A stretch of 64,000 nt of DNA, taken from positions 6,588 to 70,587 of the forward strand of contig JBMNFG010000006.1 of NCBI GenBank assembly GCA_050949175.1. The letters run 5' to 3'. This document shows, one piece after another, positions 1 through 10,130 of the stretch. The notes below the pieces were generated by a model, which was not told the DNA's origin, ran no database searches, and saw only the letters and a list, made by a program, of their open reading frames with translations. The translations under genes and the position numbers were made by a program. Every line of letters starts with the position of its first letter. Within the stretch, counting starts at the first letter, position 1. This DNA comes from Bacillota bacterium. Its GTDB lineage: Bacteria > Bacillota > SHA-98 > UBA4971.

Positions 1-692
1 AGCACTTGGGACATGGCATCTACCAAAGACACTATTGTGTGCGAAAGCGGTAGCGAGTCTGTGAGTGCCGGGTCAGCTATTATCATGGCCGGAGGCGGGA
101 TATTCCTTATACTCTTCTTTTCGTCTCCCAGCTCTATCACTGCATTATTTGTGCTTTCCGACCCTGTGCCTGATGTAGTAGGCACCGCAATCCAGGGTAG
201 AGCCTTTGCCGGGTCTACAGCCCTTTTGCCCCTTTGGAACGCTGCGATATCCTGCCGGCCTTCTTGATGTGCAAGACCGGCTATAGCTTTGCCTACGTCG
301 AGGGTTGTGCCGCCGCCGATAACAAGCACATGGTTGGCTGCGATTTTGTGGACGGCTTCAATGCCGTCTTTAATTGCTCTGTGATCTGCGCAACCGTGTA
401 CCTTATATATGTGGATATCTGATGAAGTCTCTCTGATCGTCTCGAGGAGGTCCTGTATTCCCTGAGACTTGGAACTCGACGCACCGACCACTGCGAGGAC
501 CGGCGAAGATAGTCTGCTTATTGCATTAGACAGGTGCTCTGCGGCTGACCTTCGCCCAAAGACTATGCACTCAGAAGCTTCCTGAAGGGCAGTGCGGTCT
601 AGGACTAATGTGCCTGAAGTCGGATCAAGCGTAACCAGGCCGGGTAGATTCCACAGTCCGAACTTGTCTTTCTTCAGTGTTATTTGAGTCAT
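1..692 (-). CDS. Iron-containing (type III) alcohol dehydrogenase. N-terminal 230 aa only; the gene continues past the window start.
   Basis: ATG at 692-690 with an AGGTGA RBS. The reverse-strand translation is open to position 1. Fe-ADH motifs GGGTTLDVGKAIA and VPTTSGTGSE are present. It is missing from the ORF track because it is edge-truncated. Confidence 0.8.
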   Translation of the reverse strand, partial: MTQITLKKDKFGLWNLPGLVTLDPTSGTLVLDRTALQEASECIVFGRRSAAEHLSNAISRLSSPVLAVVGASSSKSQGIQDLLETIRETSSDIHIYKVHGCADHRAIKDGIEAVHKIAANHVLVIGGGTTLDVGKAIAGLAHQEGRQDIAAFQRGKRAVDPAKALPWIAVPTTSGTGSESTNNAVIELGDEKKSIRNIPPPAMIIADPALTDSLPLSHTIVSLVDAMSQV

Positions 693-941
693 TTAAATCA
701 CCTGCTAGGACTTATGTTTCTTCTAGTAAGTGAGAAGTTCACCACTCCCGATATTAACGCAGCAGATATTGCCTAAATCTATATTACCACGTACCGGGAC
801 TGTAGTGTGGTCGTTTTCCCGCAGGCTTGCCGGGATACACGGTAGTATCTCTGTTAGCTTAGGCGCTCTAAGTAATGAAGACGGGCGTCTCACGGATCAA
901 ATTGCACTGTTTTGCAGCTACTGGTAAAATGTTAAGTGATC

Positions 942-957
942 TGGCACAAGACCTGCA
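942..957 (+). promoter_or_regulatory. Candidate sigma-54 (-24/-12) promoter, TGGCAC-N5-CTGCA, about 140 bp upstream of the Zn-ADH gene
   Basis: The sequence tGGcacaagacctGCa matches the RpoN consensus TGGCAC-N5-TTGCW with the GG and GC dinucleotides correctly spaced. No enhancer-binding protein gene is in the window. Confidence 0.35.
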
Positions 958-1097
958 GTAGTTCATTATACACCGCAAGAGGCAATACTTCCCTAGTTCA
1001 TGGATTAAGCGAGAATTCGTATTAATCGTAAGCTAAACGGCGTACAGACATTTCATTAGCTAAAACACCGAAAAGTCTCTCCTGAGGGGGATCTTGC

Positions 1098-2054
1098 ATG
1101 CGAGCTCTGGTATTTGACGGATGTATCAAAGCAGCGGAAATGCCTATCCCGAAACGGGGAAGGGGAGAGGCTTTGATACGCGTTTCTCTTGCCGGTATCT
1201 GCAACACCGACATCGAAGTCACCAGGGGTTATCTGGCGTATAAAGGAATCATGGGGCATGAATTTGTCGGTCAGGTAGTTGAAGCGGATAATCCCACCCT
1301 TGTCGGCAAGCGCGTTGTCGGCGAGATCAACATAGTCTGCGGTGAGTGCGAGATGTGCCTCAGCGGCAACCCGCGTCACTGCGACAATGTGAAATGCATG
1401 GGTATAAACAAGTGGCAAGGCTGCTTTGCAGACTATGTGGTCTTACCGGAAGAGAACCTACATATCGTACCTGATTCAGTCTCGGACAGGGAAGCCGTGT
1501 TTACAGAGCCTTTGGCTGCAGGGGTTGAGGTTCTTGAGCAAGTCCATATCCGGCCCGGTGACCTCGTGGCAGTTATCGGCGATGGCAAGCTGGGCCTTCT
1601 GACAGCACAGGTAATACACGCCTTTGGACATCGCGTTGTAGTTCTCGGAAGACACAGCGAGAAACTGGCCATAGCAGAGAAGCTGGGCATGGAGGTAGCA
1701 TTGTCCAAGGATTATGGAGATAGAGTTGACGTGGCTGTTGACTGCACAGGTAATTCATCAGGCATTGAGACTGCCATGGCCATAGTACGCCCCAAAGGAA
1801 CAATAGTGTTGAAGAGCACCTTTCACCAAGGCGCCCCTATCAACCTTACACCTGTAGTCCGCAATGAGGTTACATGCGTAGGTTCGCGATGTGGGCCCTT
1901 CCCGCCTGCCCTGAGGCTTCTCGAGAGGGGAATGGTCTCAACGGAGCCTCTGATTGATGCAGTATTTCCGGCAGATCAAATGACAGATGCCTTGAATGCA
2001 GCATGCACCCGTGGAAGTCTAAAAATACTTATTGATTTCGATTCTAATGAGTAA
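1098..2054 (+). CDS. Zn-dependent medium-chain alcohol/polyol dehydrogenase (MDR family)
   Basis: GHEFVG catalytic-zinc motif. Structural-zinc cysteine cluster CGECEMCLSGNPRHC. Rossmann motif VIGDGKLG. GAGGGGG RBS. Confidence 0.85.
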   Translation: MRALVFDGCIKAAEMPIPKRGRGEALIRVSLAGICNTDIEVTRGYLAYKGIMGHEFVGQVVEADNPTLVGKRVVGEINIVCGECEMCLSGNPRHCDNVKCMGINKWQGCFADYVVLPEENLHIVPDSVSDREAVFTEPLAAGVEVLEQVHIRPGDLVAVIGDGKLGLLTAQVIHAFGHRVVVLGRHSEKLAIAEKLGMEVALSKDYGDRVDVAVDCTGNSSGIETAMAIVRPKGTIVLKSTFHQGAPINLTPVVRNEVTCVGSRCGPFPPALRLLERGMVSTEPLIDAVFPADQMTDALNAACTRGSLKILIDFDSNE

Positions 2055-2232
2055 ATGTCAACCTTTCAGACTTTTTGATGAGAGAGGAATCTGGCTTGGG
2101 GACGTCGAATATTCTCAGAAGTGGTAAGATGTAACAGTGCTCGTCCAAGAACGAGGAGGCTGCAGTTAGAGTTCGGTCTTTGGTGTAGGAAACGGTAATC
2201 CATGGATGTAGATGTTATGAGGGAGTGATTTT

Positions 2233-3513
2233 GTGAGACGAAAACCACTGTTTGTTATGGTAGTTGTTACGCTTTTGGTTATGCTTACAGGTCCTTTAGC
2301 TTTAAGTGCGCCGGCCTCGCTTCCGGACAAGTACATGAACGCTGCCCGCATCATGGGAGACTGGTTGATTGAGAATATCGATCCGGTTCTGGGAAGTTGG
2401 GCATCTCCGTGGGAGCCGGGCAGAACCGATGCAACCAGTTCGTTCCACGGAATCAGACAGGTTGCCATTCTTTCCGACATTACAGGAGACCCTGTCTATC
2501 GCGATGCAGCGCGCAGAGTAGCTGATTCCTGGATAGACAAGGCGTTTATAAGCAGTCTCGACGAGATCAGTGATTGGAATTGGGCTCTGGGTGACACAGT
2601 CGGTAAACTGGAGTGGACTGATGAAGACTTTGCTAAGGTCCAGGGAGGGTTTGCCTCCGGATTCTGGGCTGAGAAGGATGGCCACGCATGGGTTCGCAGC
2701 CCTGAGACTCCTTTCTGCGCAGGGATTGTCAAGCCTCTCCTAGCGCTTCTCGAGTTTGGAGACGAGTATGACGATGTCATAAAGATTATGTCCGGATGGT
2801 TTAATACTGACCGGGTAAACAAAAGGCGTTACTCAGATGATGAGTTGTCGTTTTCCGCGTACATGACCTCTCAAAGCTATTCAGATGATGATGGTGACGG
2901 TTTTGCAGATATAGATTACATTCTGTGGGGCACCCGCAGGCAATCTGCAGGTATGAACTCCAGGTCTATTTCTGCTTTCCTCGCGCTTGGAATGAAGGAC
3001 GAGGCGATACAAACCGCAGAGTGGCTCATTAACGTAATGTGGGACGAAGAAGAGGGCCGTTTCGACGCGATATACGACTTTGGCGCAGGTACGAGCCTTT
3101 CTCTGGAAGAGTCCGGGGACATAGGATGTGTGAACGCATCCATCGCTTCAGGGCTCTTAACTGTTTACGAGGCTACAGGAGACCGTAAGTACCTCGATTA
3201 TGCAACCGCCGCACTGGATTGGGTGATCGAACACGAGACCGCGTTTGAAATAACTCCTTGCGGCATCAGGGCATACTTCACGAAACCGGCTGTTTACGGC
3301 ACGCATCAGGTGGTCGCCGGCTTGGCCCATGCTTATGAAGTAACCGGGCGGACCAATTACCTGGTATACGCCATTGCCGGTGCTGACTGGCTCATAGATC
3401 AGATGGAGGATCCGTTTGCAGGATTCGGAAATAACCCCTGGTCTGTGGTTGAAGTTCTTCAAGCCGTTGAAGCAGTTCTCAGCCTTGATGAGGTAATAGG
3501 TGCGCAAGAATAG
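2233..3513 (+). CDS. Secreted protein with an (alpha/alpha)6-toroid-like repeat fold (AGE/glycoside-hydrolase/YyaL-C-like), function unknown
   Basis: N-terminal signal peptide MRRKPLFVMVVVTLLVMLTGPLALSA. Repeated helical-hairpin motifs of the form A..DWLI.. (GDWLIEN, ADSWIDK, AEWLINVMWDEEEG, ALDWVIEHE, GADWLIDQ). Acidic D-rich insert. Confidence 0.4.
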   Translation: MRRKPLFVMVVVTLLVMLTGPLALSAPASLPDKYMNAARIMGDWLIENIDPVLGSWASPWEPGRTDATSSFHGIRQVAILSDITGDPVYRDAARRVADSWIDKAFISSLDEISDWNWALGDTVGKLEWTDEDFAKVQGGFASGFWAEKDGHAWVRSPETPFCAGIVKPLLALLEFGDEYDDVIKIMSGWFNTDRVNKRRYSDDELSFSAYMTSQSYSDDDGDGFADIDYILWGTRRQSAGMNSRSISAFLALGMKDEAIQTAEWLINVMWDEEEGRFDAIYDFGAGTSLSLEESGDIGCVNASIASGLLTVYEATGDRKYLDYATAALDWVIEHETAFEITPCGIRAYFTKPAVYGTHQVVAGLAHAYEVTGRTNYLVYAIAGADWLIDQMEDPFAGFGNNPWSVVEVLQAVEAVLSLDEVIGAQE

Positions 3514-3559
3514 CGCCTTAATTAGAGATCGATCAGACTGCTAGGAGGGAAAGGTAGAA

Positions 3560-4603
3560 ATGGGTAAGAACCGAAAGCCACTGTTTGTGTTAAGTGTCGT
3601 TATGGTTATTGGGATGGTGATGGGATCAGTCTCATCAGGTCTGGCTGCAGACAAGCCTAGGATAGCGATTGTGTTTGCCACCGGCGGCCTCGGAGACAAA
3701 TCGTTTAATGACTCTGCGTACGAAGGCATGCTGCGAGCTGAAAAGGAACTCGGAATAGAGTTCGACCAGGCTGAACCGCAGGCTGTTGCCGAGTACGAGA
3801 GCCTCTTGATGAGGTTTGCTCAGACCCGCAGATATGACCTGATCATATCCATAGGTTTTGACCAGGCAGACGCCTTGCAGGTCGTGTCCGGCAGATTCCC
3901 GGATCAGAAGTTCGCAATTGTTGATACTGCAGTTGATGCTCCCAACGTAGCGTCATACGTTTACAGAGAGGCAGAGCGTGGATTCGTAGTAGGTGCGGTA
4001 GCAGGCCTGATGACCAAGAGGGCAGAGGATCCGCGCATTGTCCCTGACAAGCAGATAATCGGGGTCATCGGCGGAATGGATATCCCGCTTATCCGTGCCA
4101 ACGTCGCAGGGTACATTGCAGGTGCAAAGTTCGCGAACCCTGAGGTAGAAGTGAAATACTCATACGTCGGAGACTGGGCTGACCCTGCCAAGTGTAAAGA
4201 GATGGCCAATGCCATGCTGGATGAGGGCGTAGACGTCATCTGGCTCGCAGCAGGCCGTTCAGGCCTCGGCGGAATTATGGCAGCAGAAGAGCGCAACCGC
4301 TTCGCAATTGGCGCTGACGTAGACCAGGGATACCTTGCTCCTGACCACATCCTGACCAACGGAATGAAGCTTGTAGACAATACAGTCTTCATGGCCATTG
4401 AAGCAGTGCTCAAGGATGAGTTTACACCCGGCACTAACATGCTCGGCCTTAAGGAAGGGGCACTTGGCTATTCACACAACCTGATCCCTGCTGACATAAT
4501 CGAAGAAGTTGATAAACTGGCAGAAAGAGTCGCATCCGGCGAACTGACAGTGCCTGAGGAAATTGACCAGGTTGATGCTTGGTTGAAAGCCCAGGGGAAA
4601 TAA
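3560..4603 (+). CDS. BMP-family (PnrA/Med-like) ABC transporter substrate-binding lipoprotein, nucleoside-binding type
   Basis: Signal/TM segment. The BMP signature GGLGDKSFNDSAYEGM is present. A double-ATPase and two permease genes follow immediately. Confidence 0.85.
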   Translation: MGKNRKPLFVLSVVMVIGMVMGSVSSGLAADKPRIAIVFATGGLGDKSFNDSAYEGMLRAEKELGIEFDQAEPQAVAEYESLLMRFAQTRRYDLIISIGFDQADALQVVSGRFPDQKFAIVDTAVDAPNVASYVYREAERGFVVGAVAGLMTKRAEDPRIVPDKQIIGVIGGMDIPLIRANVAGYIAGAKFANPEVEVKYSYVGDWADPAKCKEMANAMLDEGVDVIWLAAGRSGLGGIMAAEERNRFAIGADVDQGYLAPDHILTNGMKLVDNTVFMAIEAVLKDEFTPGTNMLGLKEGALGYSHNLIPADIIEEVDKLAERVASGELTVPEEIDQVDAWLKAQGK

Positions 4604-4707
4604 GTAGAAACAGCTAAAAGACAACCATAGATCGGTGTATACAGGCGGGGGAGCTTCTTCCCCTGCCTTGTCAGTAGGTATATGCCGAAAAAGGGGTTCA
4701 CCTGATT

Positions 4708-6225
4708 ATGTATGCCATTCGCATGGAAAACATAACAAAACGCTTTGGCAATGTTGTGGCTAACGACGGAGTGTCTTTTGCTGCAGCTCCGGGTGAGATT
4801 CACTGTCTGCTTGGGGAGAACGGGGCAGGGAAGAGCACTCTTATGAAAATCCTGTTCGGCCTTTACCGTCCGGATTCAGGAACGATCTATGTAAACGAGA
4901 ATCCGGTGAGTTTCGGAGGCCCGCGAGATGCAATATCCCACGGTATCGGCATGGTCCACCAGAACTTCATGCTTGCCGAGCAGCTTACTGTCACTGAAAA
5001 CATTGTGGCAGGAGATGAGCCCCGGCAAAGGAATGGGCTGCTCGATTACAGACAAGCTCGACGGAACATCTTGGAATTCTCCAAGCGGTACGGCCTGCAT
5101 GTGGATCCTGATGCCAAAGTAGAAGATATATCCGTGGGGCAGCAGCAGAGGGTTGAGATTCTAAAGGCGTTAATGAGAGGTGCCAGGGTGCTGATTCTTG
5201 ACGAGCCTACTGCAGTGCTGACTCCCCCGGAAGTCACCGAGCTTTTCGTTGTGATGCGAATCCTTGCAGAGTCCGGTACCACGATCATATTCATTACACA
5301 CAAGCTCAAAGAGACTATGGAGATATCTGATAAGGTCACTGTGCTCCGAGATGGCAGGAATGTGGGCACCATCTACACAGAAGTCGCTACCCCGGAAAGC
5401 CTTGTTGAGATGATGGTAGGACGCAGCATTCCTGCACATGACAGTCACCGGACTCCTCCACAGGAGGAAGCCGCTCTGGAGCTTATCGACATATCAGTGG
5501 CAGGAAGGTTCGGAGGCCGCGAAAGGCTGCAGAATGTCAATCTGGATGTCAGGTACGGTGAAGTGTTGGGCATTGCAGGTGTTGACGGCAACGGACAGCT
5601 TGAGCTCGAGGAGGTCGTAACCGGGCTCACGAAGCCTTCCAAAGGCAGAATCATCATGAACGGCGAAGATGTCACAGGCCTCACCAGCCGGCAGGTTAGA
5701 GACAAGGGTGTTGCTTATATACCGTCTGACAGGTTGAGGCGGGGGATGGTGGCATCTTTGAGCTTGTCTCGAAACTCAGTGCTTGGCATGCACCACCATG
5801 CCCAATTCAATAAGCGAGGAACTCTCCTGGAAGATACAATCCAAGAATACGCTGAGAGTATTATCGCCCAGTACGATGTACGGGCCGACTCCATCCTTCA
5901 ACCTATGGGCTCATTATCCGGTGGGAATCAGCAGAAGATGGTGGTAGGCCGTGAATTAGCCAGGCCTCACAGTGTTGTAGTTGCATGTCAGCCTACGCGC
6001 GGACTGGACGTAGGCGCCACCCATTACATCAGAGAGAAGATCCTTGAAAGCCGTAACAACGGTAAGGCGGTGCTATTGATATCTGCTGAGCTCGATGAAA
6101 TCCTTGAGCTGTCTGACAGAATAGCTGTCATCTATGAAGGTCAGATACTTGATGTGCGCCCGGCCGGCGAGTTCACCGAAGCAGAACTGGGCTTCCTTAT
6201 GACCGGCCAGAGGAACGGAGTGTGA
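4708..6225 (+). CDS. ABC transporter ATP-binding protein with duplicated ATPase domains (nucleoside/sugar-type, NupA/RbsA-like)
   Basis: Two Walker A motifs: GENGAGKST and GVDGNGQ. Two ABC signature motifs: LSVGQQQRV and LSGGNQQKM. The 505-aa length is typical of fused double ATPases of BMP-associated transporters. Confidence 0.85.
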   Translation: MYAIRMENITKRFGNVVANDGVSFAAAPGEIHCLLGENGAGKSTLMKILFGLYRPDSGTIYVNENPVSFGGPRDAISHGIGMVHQNFMLAEQLTVTENIVAGDEPRQRNGLLDYRQARRNILEFSKRYGLHVDPDAKVEDISVGQQQRVEILKALMRGARVLILDEPTAVLTPPEVTELFVVMRILAESGTTIIFITHKLKETMEISDKVTVLRDGRNVGTIYTEVATPESLVEMMVGRSIPAHDSHRTPPQEEAALELIDISVAGRFGGRERLQNVNLDVRYGEVLGIAGVDGNGQLELEEVVTGLTKPSKGRIIMNGEDVTGLTSRQVRDKGVAYIPSDRLRRGMVASLSLSRNSVLGMHHHAQFNKRGTLLEDTIQEYAESIIAQYDVRADSILQPMGSLSGGNQQKMVVGRELARPHSVVVACQPTRGLDVGATHYIREKILESRNNGKAVLLISAELDEILELSDRIAVIYEGQILDVRPAGEFTEAELGFLMTGQRNGV

Positions 6226-6228
6226 CAG

Positions 6229-7284
6229 ATGAGCTTCAGGCAAGAAGTATCAAAGTATGCATACTCAGCTGTTGCAGTGATAATGGCTCTCGTAATCGGC
6301 GGGATCCTGATTTGGGCGTCAGGATATAGCGTCCGAGATGCGTATACCAATCTTTTTATGGGAGCTTTCGGAGGAACATACAGCCTGGCCACGACAGTGC
6401 TAATGGCAACTCCGCTGCTTTTTACCGGATTATCAGTGGCCTTTGCATTCCAATGCGGTTTGTTCAACGTAGGGGCTGAAGGACAGCTTTACGCAGGTGC
6501 GTTCACATCTGCAATAGTGGCATTAGCTCTTTCTCCCTTGCCATCGGTATTACGCGTTACCATAGCGCTTTTGGCAGGTGCAGGTGCAGGTGCGCTCGTA
6601 GGTTTTCTGCCGGGATACTTAAAAGCCAAGCTTGGAGCGCATGAGGTTATTACCACGATAATGCTCAACTATATCGCCATTCTGTTTACAACTTTCTTAA
6701 CGAAGACATACTTTAAGGATCCCGGTCCTGTTGACCAGACAGTCCTCCTTCCTCTGGGTTCAAGGTTGCCTGAGCTAATCAGTGGAACCCGGGTTTCTCT
6801 CGGCGTCATACTTGGCATAGTGATCGTTGCTTTTCTCAACCATGTAATGCGCAGAACCGTGCTGGGCTATGAGATAGAAGTGGTCGGACAGAACCCGCGC
6901 GCCGCCGAGTACGGCGGAGTAAATGTAAGCCTAAGAACGGTTCAGGCTATGATGATTAGCGGAGCTGTGGCAGGCCTGGCAGGCTCGGTAGAGGTTTTAG
7001 GTACACTGTACCGATTCATCCCGCATTTTTCGCCGGGCTACGGCTTTACCGGGATTGCAGTGGCAGTTATAGCAGGCAGCAACCTATGGGCTGTTATCCC
7101 TGCTGCACTCCTTTTCGGAGCGCTGCAATCAGGAGGCCAGACTATGCAGCTTTTTGCCAGGATCCCTATGGAGCTCATGACAACGGTGCAGGGATTGGTT
7201 ATCCTGTTTGTCGCTGCGCCGGCCCTCGGTAACATAATCCTAAGGCTGAAGAACCGTGCTCAGGAAGGCGGTGCCCAGAAGTGA
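6229..7284 (+). CDS. ABC transporter permease (NupB-like)
   Basis: Polytopic membrane protein. Translationally coupled to the ATPase. Belongs to the BMP-transporter permease family. Confidence 0.8.
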   Translation: MSFRQEVSKYAYSAVAVIMALVIGGILIWASGYSVRDAYTNLFMGAFGGTYSLATTVLMATPLLFTGLSVAFAFQCGLFNVGAEGQLYAGAFTSAIVALALSPLPSVLRVTIALLAGAGAGALVGFLPGYLKAKLGAHEVITTIMLNYIAILFTTFLTKTYFKDPGPVDQTVLLPLGSRLPELISGTRVSLGVILGIVIVAFLNHVMRRTVLGYEIEVVGQNPRAAEYGGVNVSLRTVQAMMISGAVAGLAGSVEVLGTLYRFIPHFSPGYGFTGIAVAVIAGSNLWAVIPAALLFGALQSGGQTMQLFARIPMELMTTVQGLVILFVAAPALGNIILRLKNRAQEGGAQK

Positions 7285-8228
7285 GTGAACTCATCGATAT
7301 AATCTTCAACATCAATAACCTTACAGCTACTATCAGAATGGCTGTGCCGATAGCCTTGGCTGCTATGGGCGGGGCATTTTCTGAAAGGTCAGGTGTCGTC
7401 AACATAGGGCTCGAAGGGATGATGTTAACGGGGGCATTCACAGGAGTAATCGCGTGTCAGATTTCAGGCAGTCCTTGGGTTGGGGTCTTATTCGCTGTTA
7501 TCGGAGGCGGGCTTATCGCAGCGATTCATGCTGTACTCACAGTCGGCCTAAGAGCCAATCACGTGGTTGCAGGTGTTGGGATAAATATTCTAGCTTCAGG
7601 CACAACCACCTGGCTTATGCAGGTCATTTGGAAGCGCAAAGGAACCTCGGACCTCGTCACCGGCCTTGGGACATGGTCTATCCCTGTGCTCCGTGACATA
7701 CCTGTCATCGGAACGGTTCTAGGGGCGCATTCTCCTTTGGTGTACATCAGTTTTACCCTGATTATACTCGGATGGGTATTAATGTTTAAGACGCCTCTCG
7801 GACTCCGTATAAGGATGACAGGCGAACATCCGGAGGCTGCTGATACAGTCGGCATAAACGTGCGCGCTATTCGGTATTTTTGCGTGATTCTCAGCGGGTG
7901 CCTGGCAGGGCTGGGAGGAGGATATCTGTCCCTTGCATGGCTTAACTGGTTCAGCAAGGATATGTCTGCAGGACGCGGCTACATGGCGTTGGCAGCTTGC
8001 ATATTCGGCGGCTGGAACCCTCTTAAAGGCTTAGCCGCAAGCTTCTTGTTCTCATTTACAGACGCTATACAGATGCGCATGCAGACTTCGGAGCTTCGCA
8101 TAGCAACAGAACTGGTGCAAATGATCCCGTATATTCTTACCATCCTAATACTTGCAGGCGCTGTAGTAAGATCCAGACCTCCTGCAGCACTAGGTGAGCA
8201 TTACGAATCCGGGCAAACAAGTCAATAG
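7281..8228 (+). CDS. ABC transporter permease (NupC-like)
   Basis: Start overlaps the preceding permease by 4 nt. Polytopic membrane protein. Confidence 0.8.
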   Translation: MSELIDIIFNINNLTATIRMAVPIALAAMGGAFSERSGVVNIGLEGMMLTGAFTGVIACQISGSPWVGVLFAVIGGGLIAAIHAVLTVGLRANHVVAGVGINILASGTTTWLMQVIWKRKGTSDLVTGLGTWSIPVLRDIPVIGTVLGAHSPLVYISFTLIILGWVLMFKTPLGLRIRMTGEHPEAADTVGINVRAIRYFCVILSGCLAGLGGGYLSLAWLNWFSKDMSAGRGYMALAACIFGGWNPLKGLAASFLFSFTDAIQMRMQTSELRIATELVQMIPYILTILILAGAVVRSRPPAALGEHYESGQTSQ

Positions 8229-8237
8229 GATTCTTTA

Positions 8238-9327
8238 TTACCTGTTTCTATACATCTTGAACTCAAGGAACAGTTCGTTGTAATAAGCTGTCATCTTCTT
8301 GCCTAGGTTCTCATAAAGCTCGAATCTTTCGGTAACCTCCGGGCCCGGATAGAAACGCTCGTCCTCAGTGATCTCGTCAGGCAGGTACTCTAAGGCTTTC
8401 CAGTTAGGTGTTGAGTACCCGACATACTCAGCGTTTTGCGCTGCGTTTTCCGGGTCGAGCATGAAGTTGATGAAAAGATGAGCACCTTCTATATTCTTCG
8501 CACCCATGGGTATGACCATGTTGTCGAACCAGATGTTCGTCCCTTCGCGCGGTATGGCAAAGTCTATCTTGTCGTTTTCGGATCTGATGTCCAATGCATC
8601 TCCTGACCAGAGCAACAGCAATCGCAGCTTCTTCGTTTGCCATGATCATTTTAATCTCATCCCCGACGATTGCCTTGACGTTTGGGGTAAGGGCTTCAAG
8701 CTTTTCCTTGGCTTCAAGAAGGTGATCTGTGTTAGTGTCGTTCAAAGAGTATCCAAGGCTGTTAAGGGCTATGCCGATTATTTCCCGCGCACTGTCTACG
8801 AGAATGATCTCATTCTTTAGTCTCTCATCCCAAAGGTCATTCCAGCTCGTAAACTCTATATCTCCAGCCAAATCTCCAACTAAGTCAGGATTGAAAACAA
8901 TACCTACAGTCCCCCAGAAGTATGGAGCGGAGTACTTGTTACCCTCATCAAAGGGATGATCAAGAAACCTGGGGTCTATATACTTTAGGTTAGGAAGTTT
9001 GGAGTGATCAAGGGGGATAAGCAACCCCTGCTCCTTCATCTTGCTTATTGCGTAGTCAGACGGGATAGCAACATCAAAGGTTGTTCCTCCATGTGCAATC
9101 TTTGCAAGCATCGCCTCATTGGAATCGAAAGTCTGATATATGACCTTTATCCCTGTCTCTTCTTCGAATTTTCCTATCAAGTCAGGGTCGATATAATCAC
9201 CCCAGTTATAGACAGAGAGGGTATTGTCGCCTGTATAGCCTTGCTGTGCATTAAGGACGTAGGTAAGGTACATTAGTCCCAGCGCAGCTACGATTACTAC
9301 TGTAAACGCCTGCATTACTCTTTTCAT
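8238..9327 (-). pseudogene. potD: Spermidine/putrescine ABC substrate-binding protein PotD, interrupted by a frameshift near 8615-8625
   Basis: The N-terminal ORF (8428-9327) has a signal peptide and PotD homology up to ...EEAAIAVA, then reads nonsense. The C-terminal PotD part (WSGDALDI...IPREGTNIWFDNMVIP...) continues in another frame (ORF 8238-8621). The junction codons gct ctg gtc agg instead of gct tgg tca gga indicate a 1-nt indel. Confidence 0.75.
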
Positions 9328-10130
9328 CCTACGCTCCTCACTTCCTTAGGTTTAGTCCTTTGCTTGCTTATCAGGTAATACCCGATGACCAACAGCAAGG
9401 TGGCCAGGAAAACCAGAGTTGACAGTGCATTGATTGTCAGAGATATACCCCGTCTCGCCAGGGAGTAGATCTCTACTGATAAGGTGGAAAACCCACTGCC
9501 TGTTACGAAGAAGGTTACTACAAAGTCGTCCAGGGAATATGTCAAAGCCATGAAGAAGCCTGCGAAAATCCCAGGTGAGATGTAAGGGATAATGACTCTT
9601 GTCAGCACGTCCCATCTGCTTGCCCCGAGATCTCTGGCGGCATCAATCAAGCTCGGGCTCATTTCCTCGAGGTTCGGAAGAACCATAAGGACAACAATAG
9701 GGACGCTAAATGCGATATGAGAGATTAAGACAGACCCGAATCCCAGCTCCATGCCGACTATTGCGAAGAGGACAAGGAACGAAGCGCCGATTATCACGTC
9801 AGGACTGACGATCATCACGTTATTCAGGGTAAGGAGCGCGTTCTGAAAACGCTTAGTTTTTACTCCCTTAATGGCAAGTGCACCGAAGACTCCTAGCACC
9901 GTTGATATTGCCGAAGACAGAAGTGCAATGACAAGGGTGTTCAAGAGGATAATAAAGAGCCTCGTATCCTGAAGAACTTCCCTGTACCAGTCAAGGGTGA
10001 AGCCCTCGAAGCTATGCATGTTTCCTGCGCTGTTAAAGGAGTAATAAATCAGGTAGAATATGGGCGCATAGAGTATGATAAACACAACTGCAAGGTATAT
10101 TGAAGGCAGTCTGCCAAGCCTTTTCGTCAC
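9324..10130 (-). CDS. potC: Spermidine/putrescine ABC permease PotC
   Basis: Binding-protein-dependent permease motif AARDLGASRWDVLTRVIIP (EAA loop). Operon context. Confidence 0.85.
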   Translation of the reverse strand: MTKRLGRLPSIYLAVVFIILYAPIFYLIYYSFNSAGNMHSFEGFTLDWYREVLQDTRLFIILLNTLVIALLSSAISTVLGVFGALAIKGVKTKRFQNALLTLNNVMIVSPDVIIGASFLVLFAIVGMELGFGSVLISHIAFSVPIVVLMVLPNLEEMSPSLIDAARDLGASRWDVLTRVIIPYISPGIFAGFFMALTYSLDDFVVTFFVTGSGFSTLSVEIYSLARRGISLTINALSTLVFLATLLLVIGYYLISKQRTKPKEVRSVG

